Assembly (NCBI GenBank): GCA_963806185.1
Contig: CAWDXE010000007.1
Span: forward strand, 448,001 to 512,000
Source: an uncultured candidate division Zixibacteria bacterium
GTDB lineage: Bacteria; Zixibacteria; MSB-5A5; GN15; FEB-12
DNA length: 64,000 nt
Direction: 5' to 3'
A program made the position numbers and the translations under genes. The notes beneath the pieces were generated by a model. It had not been told where the DNA came from and did not search any database. It saw only the letters and a list, made by a program, of their open reading frames with translations. Shown here in pieces: positions 39,912 to 50,694 of this stretch (positions are counted from its first letter, which is position 1; every line of letters begins with the position of its first letter).

Positions 39912-42836
39912 ATGTTTGATGTGGTGACCGCATACCTTGCACCGGTACTGCTGATCGTGGTACTGGGTTTCCTCTATGTTCGGCTGGGGTTTGCTTCGGG
40001 CAAGGCACCGGAGGGCGGGGGATGGTTTCTGGCCGGCGGCATTATTCTTGTGCTGGCCTTCGGCTGGCAGATCATCGAGCAGCTCTCCGGCTATCCGGAT
40101 TGGTTCAAGCTGTCCGTGTATCCGGTGATTGACTTCTTCCAGTTTGTCGTCGGAGCAATCGGTTTGGCGCTGGTGGTCGCGGGGGTGTCGCTGTATGCTG
40201 ATTTCTGGCATCGCCGCGGTCGCGATCTGGACGACCGTGAAGCGCGGGCATCGCTTCTGTACAATCTGCAGATGGAGGCCCGGCAGCCGTATCAATTGCT
40301 TGAGTTGCTGAACATAGCGGTGCGCGATATGCTGGCGGCGAATCCGGGGAGTGTTGGCAGTATCCTGTTGATGAACCGCAGCCGGCGGCAGTTTATCCTG
40401 ACGGCGTCGGCAGGCCTGTCCAAGCAAGAAACGGCGTATCTCGAATATTATCCGCTGGAGCGGAATATAGTGAGCCAGTCGCTGTCGTTGGGTGACGCGC
40501 TGGTCGCGGGCGGTTTTGATTTCGTCCAGCGGGACGGCTCGATTGTACCCTCGCGTTTCAAATCGGTGCTGGTCTTGCCGCTGGTCTCGGGAACGGAGAA
40601 GCTGGGTTGTGTCGTTCTCTGGTCAGAAGAGGAAAAGTCTTTTGGGAAGACGGAGATCGGGTATCTGACGCCGGTGGTGGAATGGCTGGCGGAGAAGATC
40701 AGATCAGCCCGACTGACGCGCGAGCTGACATTGTCCAAGGGTGAGCAGGAGAAGCTCGGTTCCGGCGCGGCATCATTTCAGTCGCGGTTGGCGGCAGCGC
40801 TGGTCGCGGCGGGCGAGCCGGATGGACCGGATGCCTTTTGCCGCAGTCTGGTGGGGACGGCGACGGCCACCTCGGTTCATCTCTGTACGATTCGCCAGGG
40901 CGTGTTCGCCGTGAGCGGCGGCAGTGAGCCGATGGCTGAGTTGTCGGAGAATTACAAGACAGCGTTGATCGAGGCGATCGATCGTCAGAAGCCGCTGATC
41001 ATCAATCACGAATCAATCGACAGTGCGGGACAGACATTTGTGGCGCTGTCGAGCCTGATCTGTCCGATCCGCAGTGGCGGCCGTCGGGAAGCACTGGTTC
41101 TGCGTCGCGAGGCGGCGTCGTTTGACATAGACGACGGCGAATTGCGGACACTCGATCTACTGGCACAGCTGGCGGGGCTGGTCATTCGGCAGAGTGACAG
41201 CGTCAAGTCAAGTCTGAGCCGACGAGTCGGATTTGAAAAAGTCCTGCACCTGCTTCGTTTTGACGTACCGGTGAAGTCGATCGATGAGGATCCGACGACA
41301 GTCATCAGCCTCCTGGCGGATATTTTGCCGGAGGGTTCGGTAGCAATTACCTACGCGGTGGACGCAGGCGGTGTTGCCGTGGCCAATGGGGGCCACAATA
41401 TCGACGCCGCCGCGATCAAGGCGTTGCGTTTTTCGGAGGATGCCGGACCTCGCCAGGCAGTGGCGCTCAGGGAACCGGTCACGTTGTTCGGCAAACGACA
41501 GGTTTCGGTAGAACTGGACTCCTATCCGATGCACATGCGAACGTACCTGCAGCGGGCTCTGGGTGGGCGGATTCCTCAGTACGTGGCATATTGTCCGATC
41601 TTTTCGGCCGATGAGATGGCGGGAGTGGTCGGCGTGTTCATTCTTGATATGTTGGAGCAGGAGCGGATCGAATGGGAACGCCTCCTGACGCTGGCGTTTG
41701 GGCTTTACTCGCTGAGGTTGACGATGCATGCGCTGGCAGCCGGGGGTGCGACGGGAGAGAGGGCAATATCGTCGGGGCAGGCCGAGCTGTTGAATTCGTT
41801 CAATAATCACCTTTCGGCGGTCATTGGCCGGGCGGAGATGCTGGCGGCCGGGCCCGGGCTGAGCGGCCTGCAGAAGGAGCAGCTCAAAGGGATAGTTGCC
41901 GAGGCAGAGGCAGCGGTCCAGGCGATAAAACAGAATCTGCCGGCAGTGGTGGAACAACCGGTGAGCGCGGCCTCGCCGGAAAATCGTGCCAATGCCGTCA
42001 ACCGGGTGGTGGAAGATATTCTTCTCGAATCGCACATTTCGGGGAATCTTTTTTTGGCGGCGGGAAAGCCGCGCGAGATCAATGAACGATTGCAGCCGCA
42101 CGAAGAGATCGTCTTTGCGGGTGAGCAGATCAGAGGATTGTTCGAAGCGGTGCTGCATCGATTTGCCAGTCTGGCGACCGACGACGACGTCATCACCGTG
42201 GCCACGTATCAGCGGGGGGAATGCGTTTATCTGGATATTTCCCGTCACCGGAAGAATTTCCCGCCGGTCGAGCCGGTGGTGACTTTCGGCCAATATCAAG
42301 CGAGCGGCCAGGCGATGCAGGAACGGCCGACGGATGTGTTCCTGGCGCACTTATCGGGTGGAGAGTCGTTTTACGCGGTGGACAAAAACAGTACTGTCCC
42401 GGCCTATCTCTCATTCAAGTTTCCGCTCAGGAAAGCGGTATCGGGAAGGGCGGCAGGCGGGAGCAACAGCGTGCGCGTGCTGGCGATTGACGATCAGCCG
42501 ATCATCCTTGATCTGCTGCAAGCCATGTGTCAGTCGCTCGGGTATGCCGTGCAGGTGGCATCGTCGGGCGAGGCGGGGGTTCGGATGCTTGAAGCGTCGG
42601 CGTTTGACATTGTCCTGGTGGATTTCGCGATGCCGGGGATGTCGGGGCTGGAAGTTGCGCGTGCGGCGAAGCGCTTGCAGCCGCAGACGCCGGTGGTGCT
42701 GGTGACGGGGTGGGAGGCGAAGCTGGATCCGGCTCAGTATGCGACGTCGGGTGTGGTGGAAGTCCTATACAAACCGTTTCGAATCGAACAGTTGACGGAA
42801 ATTATTCAGAACGCAGTCCGCAGCCGGGTTCGATAA
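39912..42836 (+). CDS. Membrane sensor: TM-GAF domains-degenerate histidine kinase core-receiver
   Basis: About 3 TM helices; GAF-like segments; H-box-like NSFNNHL lacking the canonical His; intact REC domain (IDDQ, VDFAMPG, LVTG, KPF). Confidence 0.75.
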   Translation: MFDVVTAYLAPVLLIVVLGFLYVRLGFASGKAPEGGGWFLAGGIILVLAFGWQIIEQLSGYPDWFKLSVYPVIDFFQFVVGAIGLALVVAGVSLYADFWHRRGRDLDDREARASLLYNLQMEARQPYQLLELLNIAVRDMLAANPGSVGSILLMNRSRRQFILTASAGLSKQETAYLEYYPLERNIVSQSLSLGDALVAGGFDFVQRDGSIVPSRFKSVLVLPLVSGTEKLGCVVLWSEEEKSFGKTEIGYLTPVVEWLAEKIRSARLTRELTLSKGEQEKLGSGAASFQSRLAAALVAAGEPDGPDAFCRSLVGTATATSVHLCTIRQGVFAVSGGSEPMAELSENYKTALIEAIDRQKPLIINHESIDSAGQTFVALSSLICPIRSGGRREALVLRREAASFDIDDGELRTLDLLAQLAGLVIRQSDSVKSSLSRRVGFEKVLHLLRFDVPVKSIDEDPTTVISLLADILPEGSVAITYAVDAGGVAVANGGHNIDAAAIKALRFSEDAGPRQAVALREPVTLFGKRQVSVELDSYPMHMRTYLQRALGGRIPQYVAYCPIFSADEMAGVVGVFILDMLEQERIEWERLLTLAFGLYSLRLTMHALAAGGATGERAISSGQAELLNSFNNHLSAVIGRAEMLAAGPGLSGLQKEQLKGIVAEAEAAVQAIKQNLPAVVEQPVSAASPENRANAVNRVVEDILLESHISGNLFLAAGKPREINERLQPHEEIVFAGEQIRGLFEAVLHRFASLATDDDVITVATYQRGECVYLDISRHRKNFPPVEPVVTFGQYQASGQAMQERPTDVFLAHLSGGESFYAVDKNSTVPAYLSFKFPLRKAVSGRAAGGSNSVRVLAIDDQPIILDLLQAMCQSLGYAVQVASSGEAGVRMLEASAFDIVLVDFAMPGMSGLEVARAAKRLQPQTPVVLVTGWEAKLDPAQYATSGVVEVLYKPFRIEQLTEIIQNAVRSRVR

Positions 42837-42853
42837 TTCACCAAAATCCCCAG

Positions 42854-42880
42854 TAAACCAAACATCGGTCCTGCCGATAC
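42854..42880 (+). promoter_or_regulatory. Sigma28 (FliA/WhiG)-like promoter
   Basis: TAAA-N15-GCCGATAC, one mismatch from the TAAA-N15-GCCGATAA consensus. Confidence 0.65.
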
Positions 42881-42884
42881 TTAG

Positions 42885-44237
42885 ATGAGTAGCGGTATGG
42901 ACAAACTGGCAATCATAGAACAAATTCGGCAGAGCAACGATTTGTTGTCGCTGCCGCAAGCCTTGTCGGAAATTCTACGAGAAGTAGACAACCCGAAATT
43001 CAACTCCGAATCACTGGCTCATATCATTCTGAAGGATCCGGCTCTGACCGGACGGATTCTCAAGCTCGCCAATTCATCTTTTTATCATCGTTTCTCGGAT
43101 ATCTCCACGGTCCATCAGGCCGTGCAGATGCTGGGGATCACGACGGTAAAATGCATGGCGCTGTCATCGTCGGTGTTCCGCCCGGAGAGCATTCAAGCGC
43201 TGTCGGGGATCGATGCGAAAGGTCTGTTTGCCAATATCCTGACGACAGCCGCCGCTGCGGAACGCATTGCCAAGCAGGTGAAATACCAGGCGCCGGAAGA
43301 GGCGTTCATTGCCGGACTGCTGCAGGATATCGGTATCATTTATTTTCTGCATCATCACCCGAAAGAGTACCGGAAGATCGTCGACGGGCAAGTATCCTGC
43401 CGGACGCTCGTCGAAGCTGAACGTCAACTGTTCGGCATCGACCATTGCGAAGTCGGGTACCATCTTACGACCAAATGGCGCCTGCCCGCGTACATTTCGG
43501 ACGCGGTTCGCGAGCACCATCACACGGAATCCCCCCAGAGGGACCTGGTCTTGCCGAACTGTATTCACCTGGCGGTACTGCTGGCGCCGGACACGATTAC
43601 GACCTATCCGACGGAACTCGAAAGCCGTCTGGGCCGGATCAACGCGGTAGCCGAGGCACTCGGACTGAGCAAAGCGGAGGTCGACGGCATTTCGACTTCA
43701 TTGTTCGGATGGGGACGAGAAGTTGCGGATTATCTGGGGATAGACATCGGCGACTCCGAGGCGATGCTGACGCGAGCCAATCGTGAATTATGGAAGACGT
43801 ATATCACGGTGGAAAACCTTTTCAAGGAGCGTCAGGAACTGAGCCGGCGGCTGCTCGATGAAGAGCGGGAGAAGGGCGCCATGGAGGCGAAGAACATCGC
43901 CATGGCGACCCTGTCGCATTACCTGAATAATGCGGCGATGGCAATCTACGGGCGATCACAGATTCTCCGCATGACGGCCCAGAAGGGCGACAAGCAGGCG
44001 CTGGAAGAGCGCCTGGAACCGAGCCTGGACGTTATCGACAAGTCGGTGCAGAAGATCGTCGCCGTGCTTCAGGAAATGAAAGAAATCACTCCCATCGCCA
44101 ACGTGAAGTTTCTGGATGCCTCGCAGGCAATGAATATGGACGACAGAATTGCGACTCGCCTGATCAAACTGGAGCGCGAGTCGGGATTGGTTCTTCCGGT
44201 CGACGCTGAAAACGAAGTTCATCCTGTCACTCGCTGA
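42885..44237 (+). CDS. HDOD domain protein with a C-terminal HisKA-like dimerisation/phosphoacceptor region
   Basis: LSLP, DPALTGRILKLANS, AGLLQDIG, GIDHCEVG..L..KW.LP; C-terminal 'LSHYLNN'; no HATPase domain. Confidence 0.85.
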   Translation: MSSGMDKLAIIEQIRQSNDLLSLPQALSEILREVDNPKFNSESLAHIILKDPALTGRILKLANSSFYHRFSDISTVHQAVQMLGITTVKCMALSSSVFRPESIQALSGIDAKGLFANILTTAAAAERIAKQVKYQAPEEAFIAGLLQDIGIIYFLHHHPKEYRKIVDGQVSCRTLVEAERQLFGIDHCEVGYHLTTKWRLPAYISDAVREHHHTESPQRDLVLPNCIHLAVLLAPDTITTYPTELESRLGRINAVAEALGLSKAEVDGISTSLFGWGREVADYLGIDIGDSEAMLTRANRELWKTYITVENLFKERQELSRRLLDEEREKGAMEAKNIAMATLSHYLNNAAMAIYGRSQILRMTAQKGDKQALEERLEPSLDVIDKSVQKIVAVLQEMKEITPIANVKFLDASQAMNMDDRIATRLIKLERESGLVLPVDAENEVHPVTR

Positions 44238-44278
44238 TAGACTTGCATTGATTCCAACAACATCTTAGGTTTCCCGGC

Positions 44279-45478
44279 ATGCTGACGTACTTGACGGCAG
44301 GGGAATCTCACGGGCCGCAACTGACGGCCATCATTGACGGCTTTCCAGCCGGTTTTACCGTTAACATCGATGCGATCAATTTCGAGCTGGCTCGCCGCCA
44401 GAAGGGGTATGGGCGCGGGGGGCGGATGAAGATCGAGCAGGACCGAGTGGAAGTGGTTTCCGGTCTGCGCGGTGGGGTGACGATGGGGAGTCCGATCACG
44501 TTTGTCATCAAGAATAAGGACTGGGAGAATTGGACAGAGTTAATGGACCCGTTCAAGCCGGCGGGTGATGATCTTGGGTTGCGCGAGAAGCGGCTGAAGG
44601 AACAGACGACACGGCCGCGGCCGGGGCATGCTGATCTGGCGGGTGGGATCAAGTACAACCATCACGATATGCGCAATGTGCTGGAGCGGGCGTCGGCGCG
44701 CGAAACGGCGGCGCGGACGGCGGTCGGGGCGCTGGCGCGGCAGCTACTCGAGTATTTTGAGGTCGAGTTAGCCACCCACGTTGTGCGCATTGGCGGGGTG
44801 GCGCTGGAGACGGATTACGATCTGGAAGATTTGGCGCGCGTAAGGGAGATCACGGAAGCGTCGGAAGTGCGCTGTCTGGACGAGAAGACCGGGAAGAAGA
44901 TGATCGAGGAGATCAAGGCGGCGAAAGTGGCGCGTGATTCGGTGGGCGGAGTGCTGGAGTTGATCGTGCGCGGATTACCGGCAGGGCTGGGTGGCTTTTC
45001 GCAATGGTTCGATCGGCTGGACGGCAGGTTAGCGCAGGCTCTGATGTCGGTGCACTCGGTCAAAGGGGTGGAGATCGGGATGGGGTTTGAGGCGGCGACG
45101 ATGCGCGGTTCTCAAGTACACGACGAGATCTTCTACGATGCTGAAGGTGATCCGCGGACAAAGGGTTTCTTTCGCGAGACCAACCGGGCGGGCGGGCTGG
45201 AGGGTGGGATCACGAATGGGGAAGATCTGATCGTGCGCGTGGCCAACAAGCCGATTTCGACACTGAATCAACCGCTCAAGACGGTCGACGTGGTGACGAA
45301 GAAGGCGGCGGAGGCGATGGTGGAGCGCACGGACAACTGCATCACGCCGCCGCTGTGTGTTGTGTGTGAGGCGGTGACGGCGCTGGTGCTGGCGGAGGCG
45401 TTTCTGCACAAATTCGGCGCGGACAATATGATTGATATCGACCGCAACTGGCAGGGGTGGCTGGCGGCGGGGTACTGA
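44279..45478 (+). CDS. aroC: Chorismate synthase
   Basis: TAGESHG, RPGHAD, RASARETAAR, GGLEGGITNG, KPIST. Confidence 0.97.
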   Translation: MLTYLTAGESHGPQLTAIIDGFPAGFTVNIDAINFELARRQKGYGRGGRMKIEQDRVEVVSGLRGGVTMGSPITFVIKNKDWENWTELMDPFKPAGDDLGLREKRLKEQTTRPRPGHADLAGGIKYNHHDMRNVLERASARETAARTAVGALARQLLEYFEVELATHVVRIGGVALETDYDLEDLARVREITEASEVRCLDEKTGKKMIEEIKAAKVARDSVGGVLELIVRGLPAGLGGFSQWFDRLDGRLAQALMSVHSVKGVEIGMGFEAATMRGSQVHDEIFYDAEGDPRTKGFFRETNRAGGLEGGITNGEDLIVRVANKPISTLNQPLKTVDVVTKKAAEAMVERTDNCITPPLCVVCEAVTALVLAEAFLHKFGADNMIDIDRNWQGWLAAGY

Positions 45479-45538
45479 TTTTCCCCGGCGGGGTCCGGCG
45501 GTCCCGAAATTCCCAACTAACGTATTCCGGTAAACGGC

Positions 45539-45567
45539 TTGCGTGGAGCAAGGGCTCTACGTATGTT
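45539..45567 (+). promoter_or_regulatory. Putative sigma70 promoter
   Basis: TTGCGT-N17-TATGTT. Confidence 0.5.
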
Positions 45568-45601
45568 GCTGTGAAAGGCGGTAGTGGGTGGTGGAGGGGT
45601 T

Positions 45602-48109
45602 GTGATTGCTCGGTCGACCATCAGATTCAGTCTCTTATTCCTAATCATGATGTGGGTGTGCCTGTCGGTGGCGGCGCAACGACGGCCGACGGGACCGGAT
45701 TCGCTAACCTCTCGAACCGCATCGCCGGTTGGTGCGTTGAATGACTATCGCGAGGAACCTTCATTCACCTCGCACAACCAGGGCAAACTGGCCATCACAC
45801 TGTCAAATACCGGGGGGTTTGGGTTACCCCGGGACAACATGGCGTTCTGGAAACCGACGCGCGACCCGCTATCACGAGAAGATGTCTATTATTGCATGTA
45901 CCCCAAGGAGACGGGGATAGTGTGGGCACTGTACCTGAATACGACGATTGGGGGGATTCGCGGAGACGATACGGTCGTCGCCGGTTGGAGTTACCCCTGG
46001 AAGAATGACTGGCCCGAGTACTATACGTTTAAATTCGAAAGTGCGTCGCGCGCGGTGATGTCGATCTACACGGATTCCGCGCGGTCCGACCTGGACATCT
46101 ACTGTGCGTATATCGACACGGTTGCGCAAGGAAGGGGATCGTACGCGCACAAGCCGACGATGTTGAAGGTGAGGCAGCGGTCGATGGCGTGGAGCGGGGG
46201 AGGGAGCGACGATTTCATTCTCGTTGAGGATCGAATTCAGAATATCGGTACGGAGACGTTGCGTGAGTTGTATGTCGGAATTGGCATTGATGCCAGGGTT
46301 TTCCATATTTCCGTACTCGAGGATACACTTTACCCGCAGCAGCAACCTGTGCTCACCGGCTTCCTGGCAAGCTTTGAGCCGGACGGCGAATGTGCGACAC
46401 CATCGGCAATCAATCTGGCGTATGTCATGTCGGCTGATGGGCGGCCGGGTATCAAGCAATGGACGAAGGACTCACCGCTGGGGGCAGTGGGGTTGAGAAT
46501 GATTAATGTCCCGGCCAAGGTTCCTCGGGTCAATTACAATTGGTTTGCCTGGACGCTAACATACTTTGAGCCGCGCCTGAGAGGTACGGCCGATGATCCG
46601 TTTCGGCCATATGATCGAGGCAGTCGTCGGCCTTACAGCGAGCAGGACCAATACTATGCGCTACGACACCGCGAGATCGACTATGACCAGATGACCACCG
46701 CTCTCAATCATTATTGGGAGGGGTGGCAAACGACGCCCGGCTACGCGGCAGATATTGCGGGGGGAGCCGAGTCGGGGGCGACACTCTCATTTGGCACCTT
46801 TGATCTACCCCCGGGGGCGGTGGCGACCGTGGTATATGCCATTGTCGGCGGCGATAGTGTTCATGTCGAGCCGACCGACTATGATCGTCTCTGGAATCCC
46901 GACCGTCCGCAGTATTACTACAATTCTCTCAATTTCAAGGGGCTGGCCGACAATGCCCGGTGGGCCGGGTATGTTTACGATAATCCGGGGGTTGACACGG
47001 ATGACGACGGGTACGCCGGGGAGTACACCATCTGCGAAGGCGACACGGTATGGTCACGAGGGGACGGCGTACCGGATTGGAAGTCGGACAATCCGCCGCC
47101 ATCGCCGGAATTGCACGTCAGCACTGACCAGGGGAGACTGATTGTGCGCTGGAATGGGTTTTTCAGTGAGACCACCCCCGACCAACTGACACGAGTGCGC
47201 GATTTTGAAGGGTACCGGGTCTACCTGGGTCTGGACTCGCGGGCATCGAGTCTGTCACTCATCAGGTCGTTTGATTATGAGAACTATATCCGCTATAGGA
47301 TGGCCAAGCTGGGCACCGGCAAATGGGTCTGGCATGCAACCGACCTTCCGCTTTCACTCGATTCGTTGCGCCGGTATTACAATGACCCGCTGTTCGAACC
47401 GTTGGTGTACGACCGGGAGCACCCGCTCGATATCAATGGCGAGTATTTCTGCTTCTACATGCAGAGCTACAACAGCTCGCAGCTGACTGCGGACGGGATT
47501 CACAAGGCGTATCCTGAGGCGGTGAAGCCGAGCATGGATTCACTCCAGTGGACAGATGATGAGGTGACGACGGAACATGGTCGTCGATTGCCCAAATACT
47601 ATGAATATGAAATTGTGATCGGGGATTTGCTGCCGACGATCGAGTACTGGGTGAGCGTGACGGCGTTTGATTTTGGTTTTGCGACAGGGGACATTCCGGC
47701 GCAGGAGAGCAACAAGTACCTGAATCTGACGCAGGCGTGGGCGGTGCGCAGTGCGGAAGAGGTGGCGCAGGAGAATCTCAACGTGTATGTCTGGCCGAAT
47801 CCGTACCGGTATGACGGCAATTACGCTGACGGGGGGTACGAGAATCACGACCAGAGCCTGTGGTACGACCGGGCGAGGCGGATTCACTTTGGCAACCTGC
47901 CGAACAAGTGCACCATTTCGATTCTGTCGTTGGATGGAGATCTGGTCAAAGAAATTCATCATGACTATCCTGCGGCTGACCCGAGAGCAGCTCATGATGC
48001 GTGGGATCTGATCTCGCGGGCGAGCTTGTTGGCAGTGTCGGGGATATACTATTGGGTGGTGGAAGGGGGAGGGCGGACGCAGATGGGGAAGCTGGTGGTG
48101 ATAGAGTAG
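45602..48109 (+). CDS. Secreted protein with a FlgD-Ig/T9SS-like C-terminal sorting domain (paralogue 1)
   Basis: Signal peptide; DxDxDG Ca-binding-like loop; Fn3-like segment; CTD 'VYVWPNPY...ISILSLDGDLVK...WDL...SGIY...KLVVI'. Confidence 0.75.
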   Translation: MIARSTIRFSLLFLIMMWVCLSVAAQRRPTGPDSLTSRTASPVGALNDYREEPSFTSHNQGKLAITLSNTGGFGLPRDNMAFWKPTRDPLSREDVYYCMYPKETGIVWALYLNTTIGGIRGDDTVVAGWSYPWKNDWPEYYTFKFESASRAVMSIYTDSARSDLDIYCAYIDTVAQGRGSYAHKPTMLKVRQRSMAWSGGGSDDFILVEDRIQNIGTETLRELYVGIGIDARVFHISVLEDTLYPQQQPVLTGFLASFEPDGECATPSAINLAYVMSADGRPGIKQWTKDSPLGAVGLRMINVPAKVPRVNYNWFAWTLTYFEPRLRGTADDPFRPYDRGSRRPYSEQDQYYALRHREIDYDQMTTALNHYWEGWQTTPGYAADIAGGAESGATLSFGTFDLPPGAVATVVYAIVGGDSVHVEPTDYDRLWNPDRPQYYYNSLNFKGLADNARWAGYVYDNPGVDTDDDGYAGEYTICEGDTVWSRGDGVPDWKSDNPPPSPELHVSTDQGRLIVRWNGFFSETTPDQLTRVRDFEGYRVYLGLDSRASSLSLIRSFDYENYIRYRMAKLGTGKWVWHATDLPLSLDSLRRYYNDPLFEPLVYDREHPLDINGEYFCFYMQSYNSSQLTADGIHKAYPEAVKPSMDSLQWTDDEVTTEHGRRLPKYYEYEIVIGDLLPTIEYWVSVTAFDFGFATGDIPAQESNKYLNLTQAWAVRSAEEVAQENLNVYVWPNPYRYDGNYADGGYENHDQSLWYDRARRIHFGNLPNKCTISILSLDGDLVKEIHHDYPAADPRAAHDAWDLISRASLLAVSGIYYWVVEGGGRTQMGKLVVIE

Positions 48110-48171
48110 GGGATATTGCCACGGCATTAGTGGCTGGGATGCAGTGGGGGGAGTTGCAATAGGACGGAATC

Positions 48172-50694
48172 ATGTCGCCTCGGATACCTGTTGGGGTGAG
48201 TCTGATTGTTTTCGGGCTGTTGTCGATCAGCGACGCAGTTTGGGGGCAGCGAGCACCCTTGGACTCAATGAGGCAAGAACATGTCATGCGGCCGGCGGTC
48301 CCGTCGGCGAGTGCCACACCGACGTACATCTTCACGGCACATAACCAGGGGAAAATACAGCTGGTGTTGTCAAATTACGGTCGGTTTGGTGTGCCGAAGG
48401 ATTCTGACCCGCTCTCCGGTTTCCACATTCCGACCGAGGATCCGCTCTCACAAGAGGAAATCTTCTACTGCACCTACCCCAAGGTAACAAACAGTGTCTG
48501 GACGCTCTACATGCAGTTGCTGGCAGGTGGCATTCGCGGCAAAGATACAGTTGTCGCGAATGTGTGGTCGGACGAGGTCTGGGTACCGGATGAGACGGAT
48601 ATTGGGACTTTTCGATTCGAGAGTGGTTCGCGAGCCAAAGCAAATCTGTTCACGGATTCGGCCCGATCCGATCTGGACATTTATTGCGTGTACATTGATT
48701 CTGTGCCTGATCGTCCAGGGGGAATGTATGGTCACCGGCCGACCATGCTCAAGGTGAGTCAGCGGTCGATGGCTTGGAGCGGGGGTGGGAGCGACGACTT
48801 CATACTCGTTGAGGACCGATTTACTAATGTGGGCTCGGAAACACTGAGTCGCTTGTACTTCGGGTTACAATTCGAGAACCGGGTATACCATCGATCGGAG
48901 CTCGAAGACACATTGTATTTCCCGAGCTATGAGAAGAATCTGACCGGTTTCCTCAGGACATATGGCGGTCGCGGCGGGTGCAGTGAGCCGGATACTGTCA
49001 ATATCGCGTATGTAATGGCTGCGGATGCGCGGCCGTTTATCAAGCAGTGGACCAAGTATTCGGCCATCGGTGCGGTAGGTGTGCGGATGATACGCATCCC
49101 GGCCGGCGTACCTACCGTGAATTACAATTGGTATAGCAGGTCGCCCTTTTTTGCGCCGCGAAAACGCGGGACTGAAGCCGAACCGTATAGAGAGTACTCC
49201 TTCCTCGACCAGATGCCCTGGGATGAACACGAATACTATTACTTTTTGAGTCACAAGGAAATTGACTACGATCAGATGTTCACAGCGGTCGACCATTATT
49301 GGGAGGGGTGGAAGCAGCCACCCGAGGATGCGGTCGACATAGCGAACGGCGTTCGCGCAACAGCGACGCTTTCGTTCGGTACCTTTGACCTCCCGCCGGG
49401 AGCAGAAGCGTCAGTGGTCTGGGCGATTGTCGGCGGCGATAGTGTGCACGTCGGGCCTACTGATTACGATCATTTATGGAATCCCGAGAGTCCCGACCGA
49501 TTCTACAATTCGCTCAATTTCAAAGCGCTGGCGGAGAACGCCCGGTGGGCCGGTTGGGTGTACGATAACCCCGGTTTTGATACTGACGGCGACGGGTATC
49601 TTGGGAAATACGATATGTGTGACGGCGACACAGTTTGGTACGAGGGGGATGGCGTGCCGGACTGGCGAGCGGAGGGGCCGCCTCCGTCGCCCGAAATCCG
49701 AGTCATTCCCACCGAGGGGAGCATGGTGGTCCGTTGGAACGGGTTCTTCAGTGAAGTGACACCCGACCCGCTCACGAGAGTGCGGGATTTCGAAGGGTAT
49801 CGAATATATCTGGGATTGGATTCACGCCCGTCCAGTTTCTCGCTGATCCGATCATTCGATTATGAGAACTATGTCAGATACAAGCTGGTGGGGTTGGCGG
49901 ATGGTCGCTGGGTCTGGCTGGCAACCGATCTGCCGCTCACTTTGGACTCCCTTCGCGTGCTGTATGCCGATCCCGAATTTGAACCGTTGGTATATGACCG
50001 GGAGCACCCGCTCGTGATCAATGGCCAATATTACTGCTTCTCCATGCAGAGCTACAACAGCGCGCAATTAACCGCTGATGGAATACATAGGGTGTATCCG
50101 GACGCGATCAAACCAAGCATGGATTCATCGCAGTGGACTGACGAAGAGGTGACGCTGGAGCATGGCCGTCGACTGCCCAAGTACTACGAGTATGAGATTG
50201 TTGTCACCAATTTGCTGCCTACAGTGGAGTACTGGGTGAGCGTGACGGCGTTCGATTTCGGCTTCATAACCGGTGATATTGCGGCACAGGAGAGCGATGT
50301 CTACGAGAATGTGACCAGAGCATGGGCGGTGCGCAACTCGGAGGAGGTCGCAGAAGACAATCTGAACGTGTATGTTTGGCCTAATCCGTACCGGTACGAC
50401 GCGGATTACGACGGTCAGGGTTATGAGAATCACGATCAGTCGTTGTGGTATGACCGGGCGAGGCGGATTCACTTCGGCAACTTGCCCAATATGTGTAAGA
50501 TCTCGATTCTTTCGCTCGACGGGGATTTGGTGAAGGAGATCATTCATGATTATCCGTCGGGTGATCCTCGGTCGACGCACGATTACTGGGACCTGATATC
50601 GCGGAACAGTTTGCTGGCGGTGTCGGGGATATACTATTGGGTGGTGGAAGGGGGAGGGCGGACGCAGATGGGGAAGCTGGTGGTGATAGAGTAG
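48172..50694 (+). CDS. Secreted protein with a FlgD-Ig/T9SS-like C-terminal sorting domain (paralogue 2)
   Basis: Collinear full-length similarity to 45602..48109; identical 78-bp 3' end. Confidence 0.75.
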   Translation: MSPRIPVGVSLIVFGLLSISDAVWGQRAPLDSMRQEHVMRPAVPSASATPTYIFTAHNQGKIQLVLSNYGRFGVPKDSDPLSGFHIPTEDPLSQEEIFYCTYPKVTNSVWTLYMQLLAGGIRGKDTVVANVWSDEVWVPDETDIGTFRFESGSRAKANLFTDSARSDLDIYCVYIDSVPDRPGGMYGHRPTMLKVSQRSMAWSGGGSDDFILVEDRFTNVGSETLSRLYFGLQFENRVYHRSELEDTLYFPSYEKNLTGFLRTYGGRGGCSEPDTVNIAYVMAADARPFIKQWTKYSAIGAVGVRMIRIPAGVPTVNYNWYSRSPFFAPRKRGTEAEPYREYSFLDQMPWDEHEYYYFLSHKEIDYDQMFTAVDHYWEGWKQPPEDAVDIANGVRATATLSFGTFDLPPGAEASVVWAIVGGDSVHVGPTDYDHLWNPESPDRFYNSLNFKALAENARWAGWVYDNPGFDTDGDGYLGKYDMCDGDTVWYEGDGVPDWRAEGPPPSPEIRVIPTEGSMVVRWNGFFSEVTPDPLTRVRDFEGYRIYLGLDSRPSSFSLIRSFDYENYVRYKLVGLADGRWVWLATDLPLTLDSLRVLYADPEFEPLVYDREHPLVINGQYYCFSMQSYNSAQLTADGIHRVYPDAIKPSMDSSQWTDEEVTLEHGRRLPKYYEYEIVVTNLLPTVEYWVSVTAFDFGFITGDIAAQESDVYENVTRAWAVRNSEEVAEDNLNVYVWPNPYRYDADYDGQGYENHDQSLWYDRARRIHFGNLPNMCKISILSLDGDLVKEIIHDYPSGDPRSTHDYWDLISRNSLLAVSGIYYWVVEGGGRTQMGKLVVIE

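Noticed and set aside
45602..50694. Diversity-generating retroelement TR/VR pair
   Set aside because: Both copies are full-length genes, the shared tail is identical rather than adenine-mutated, and there is no reverse transcriptase in the window.
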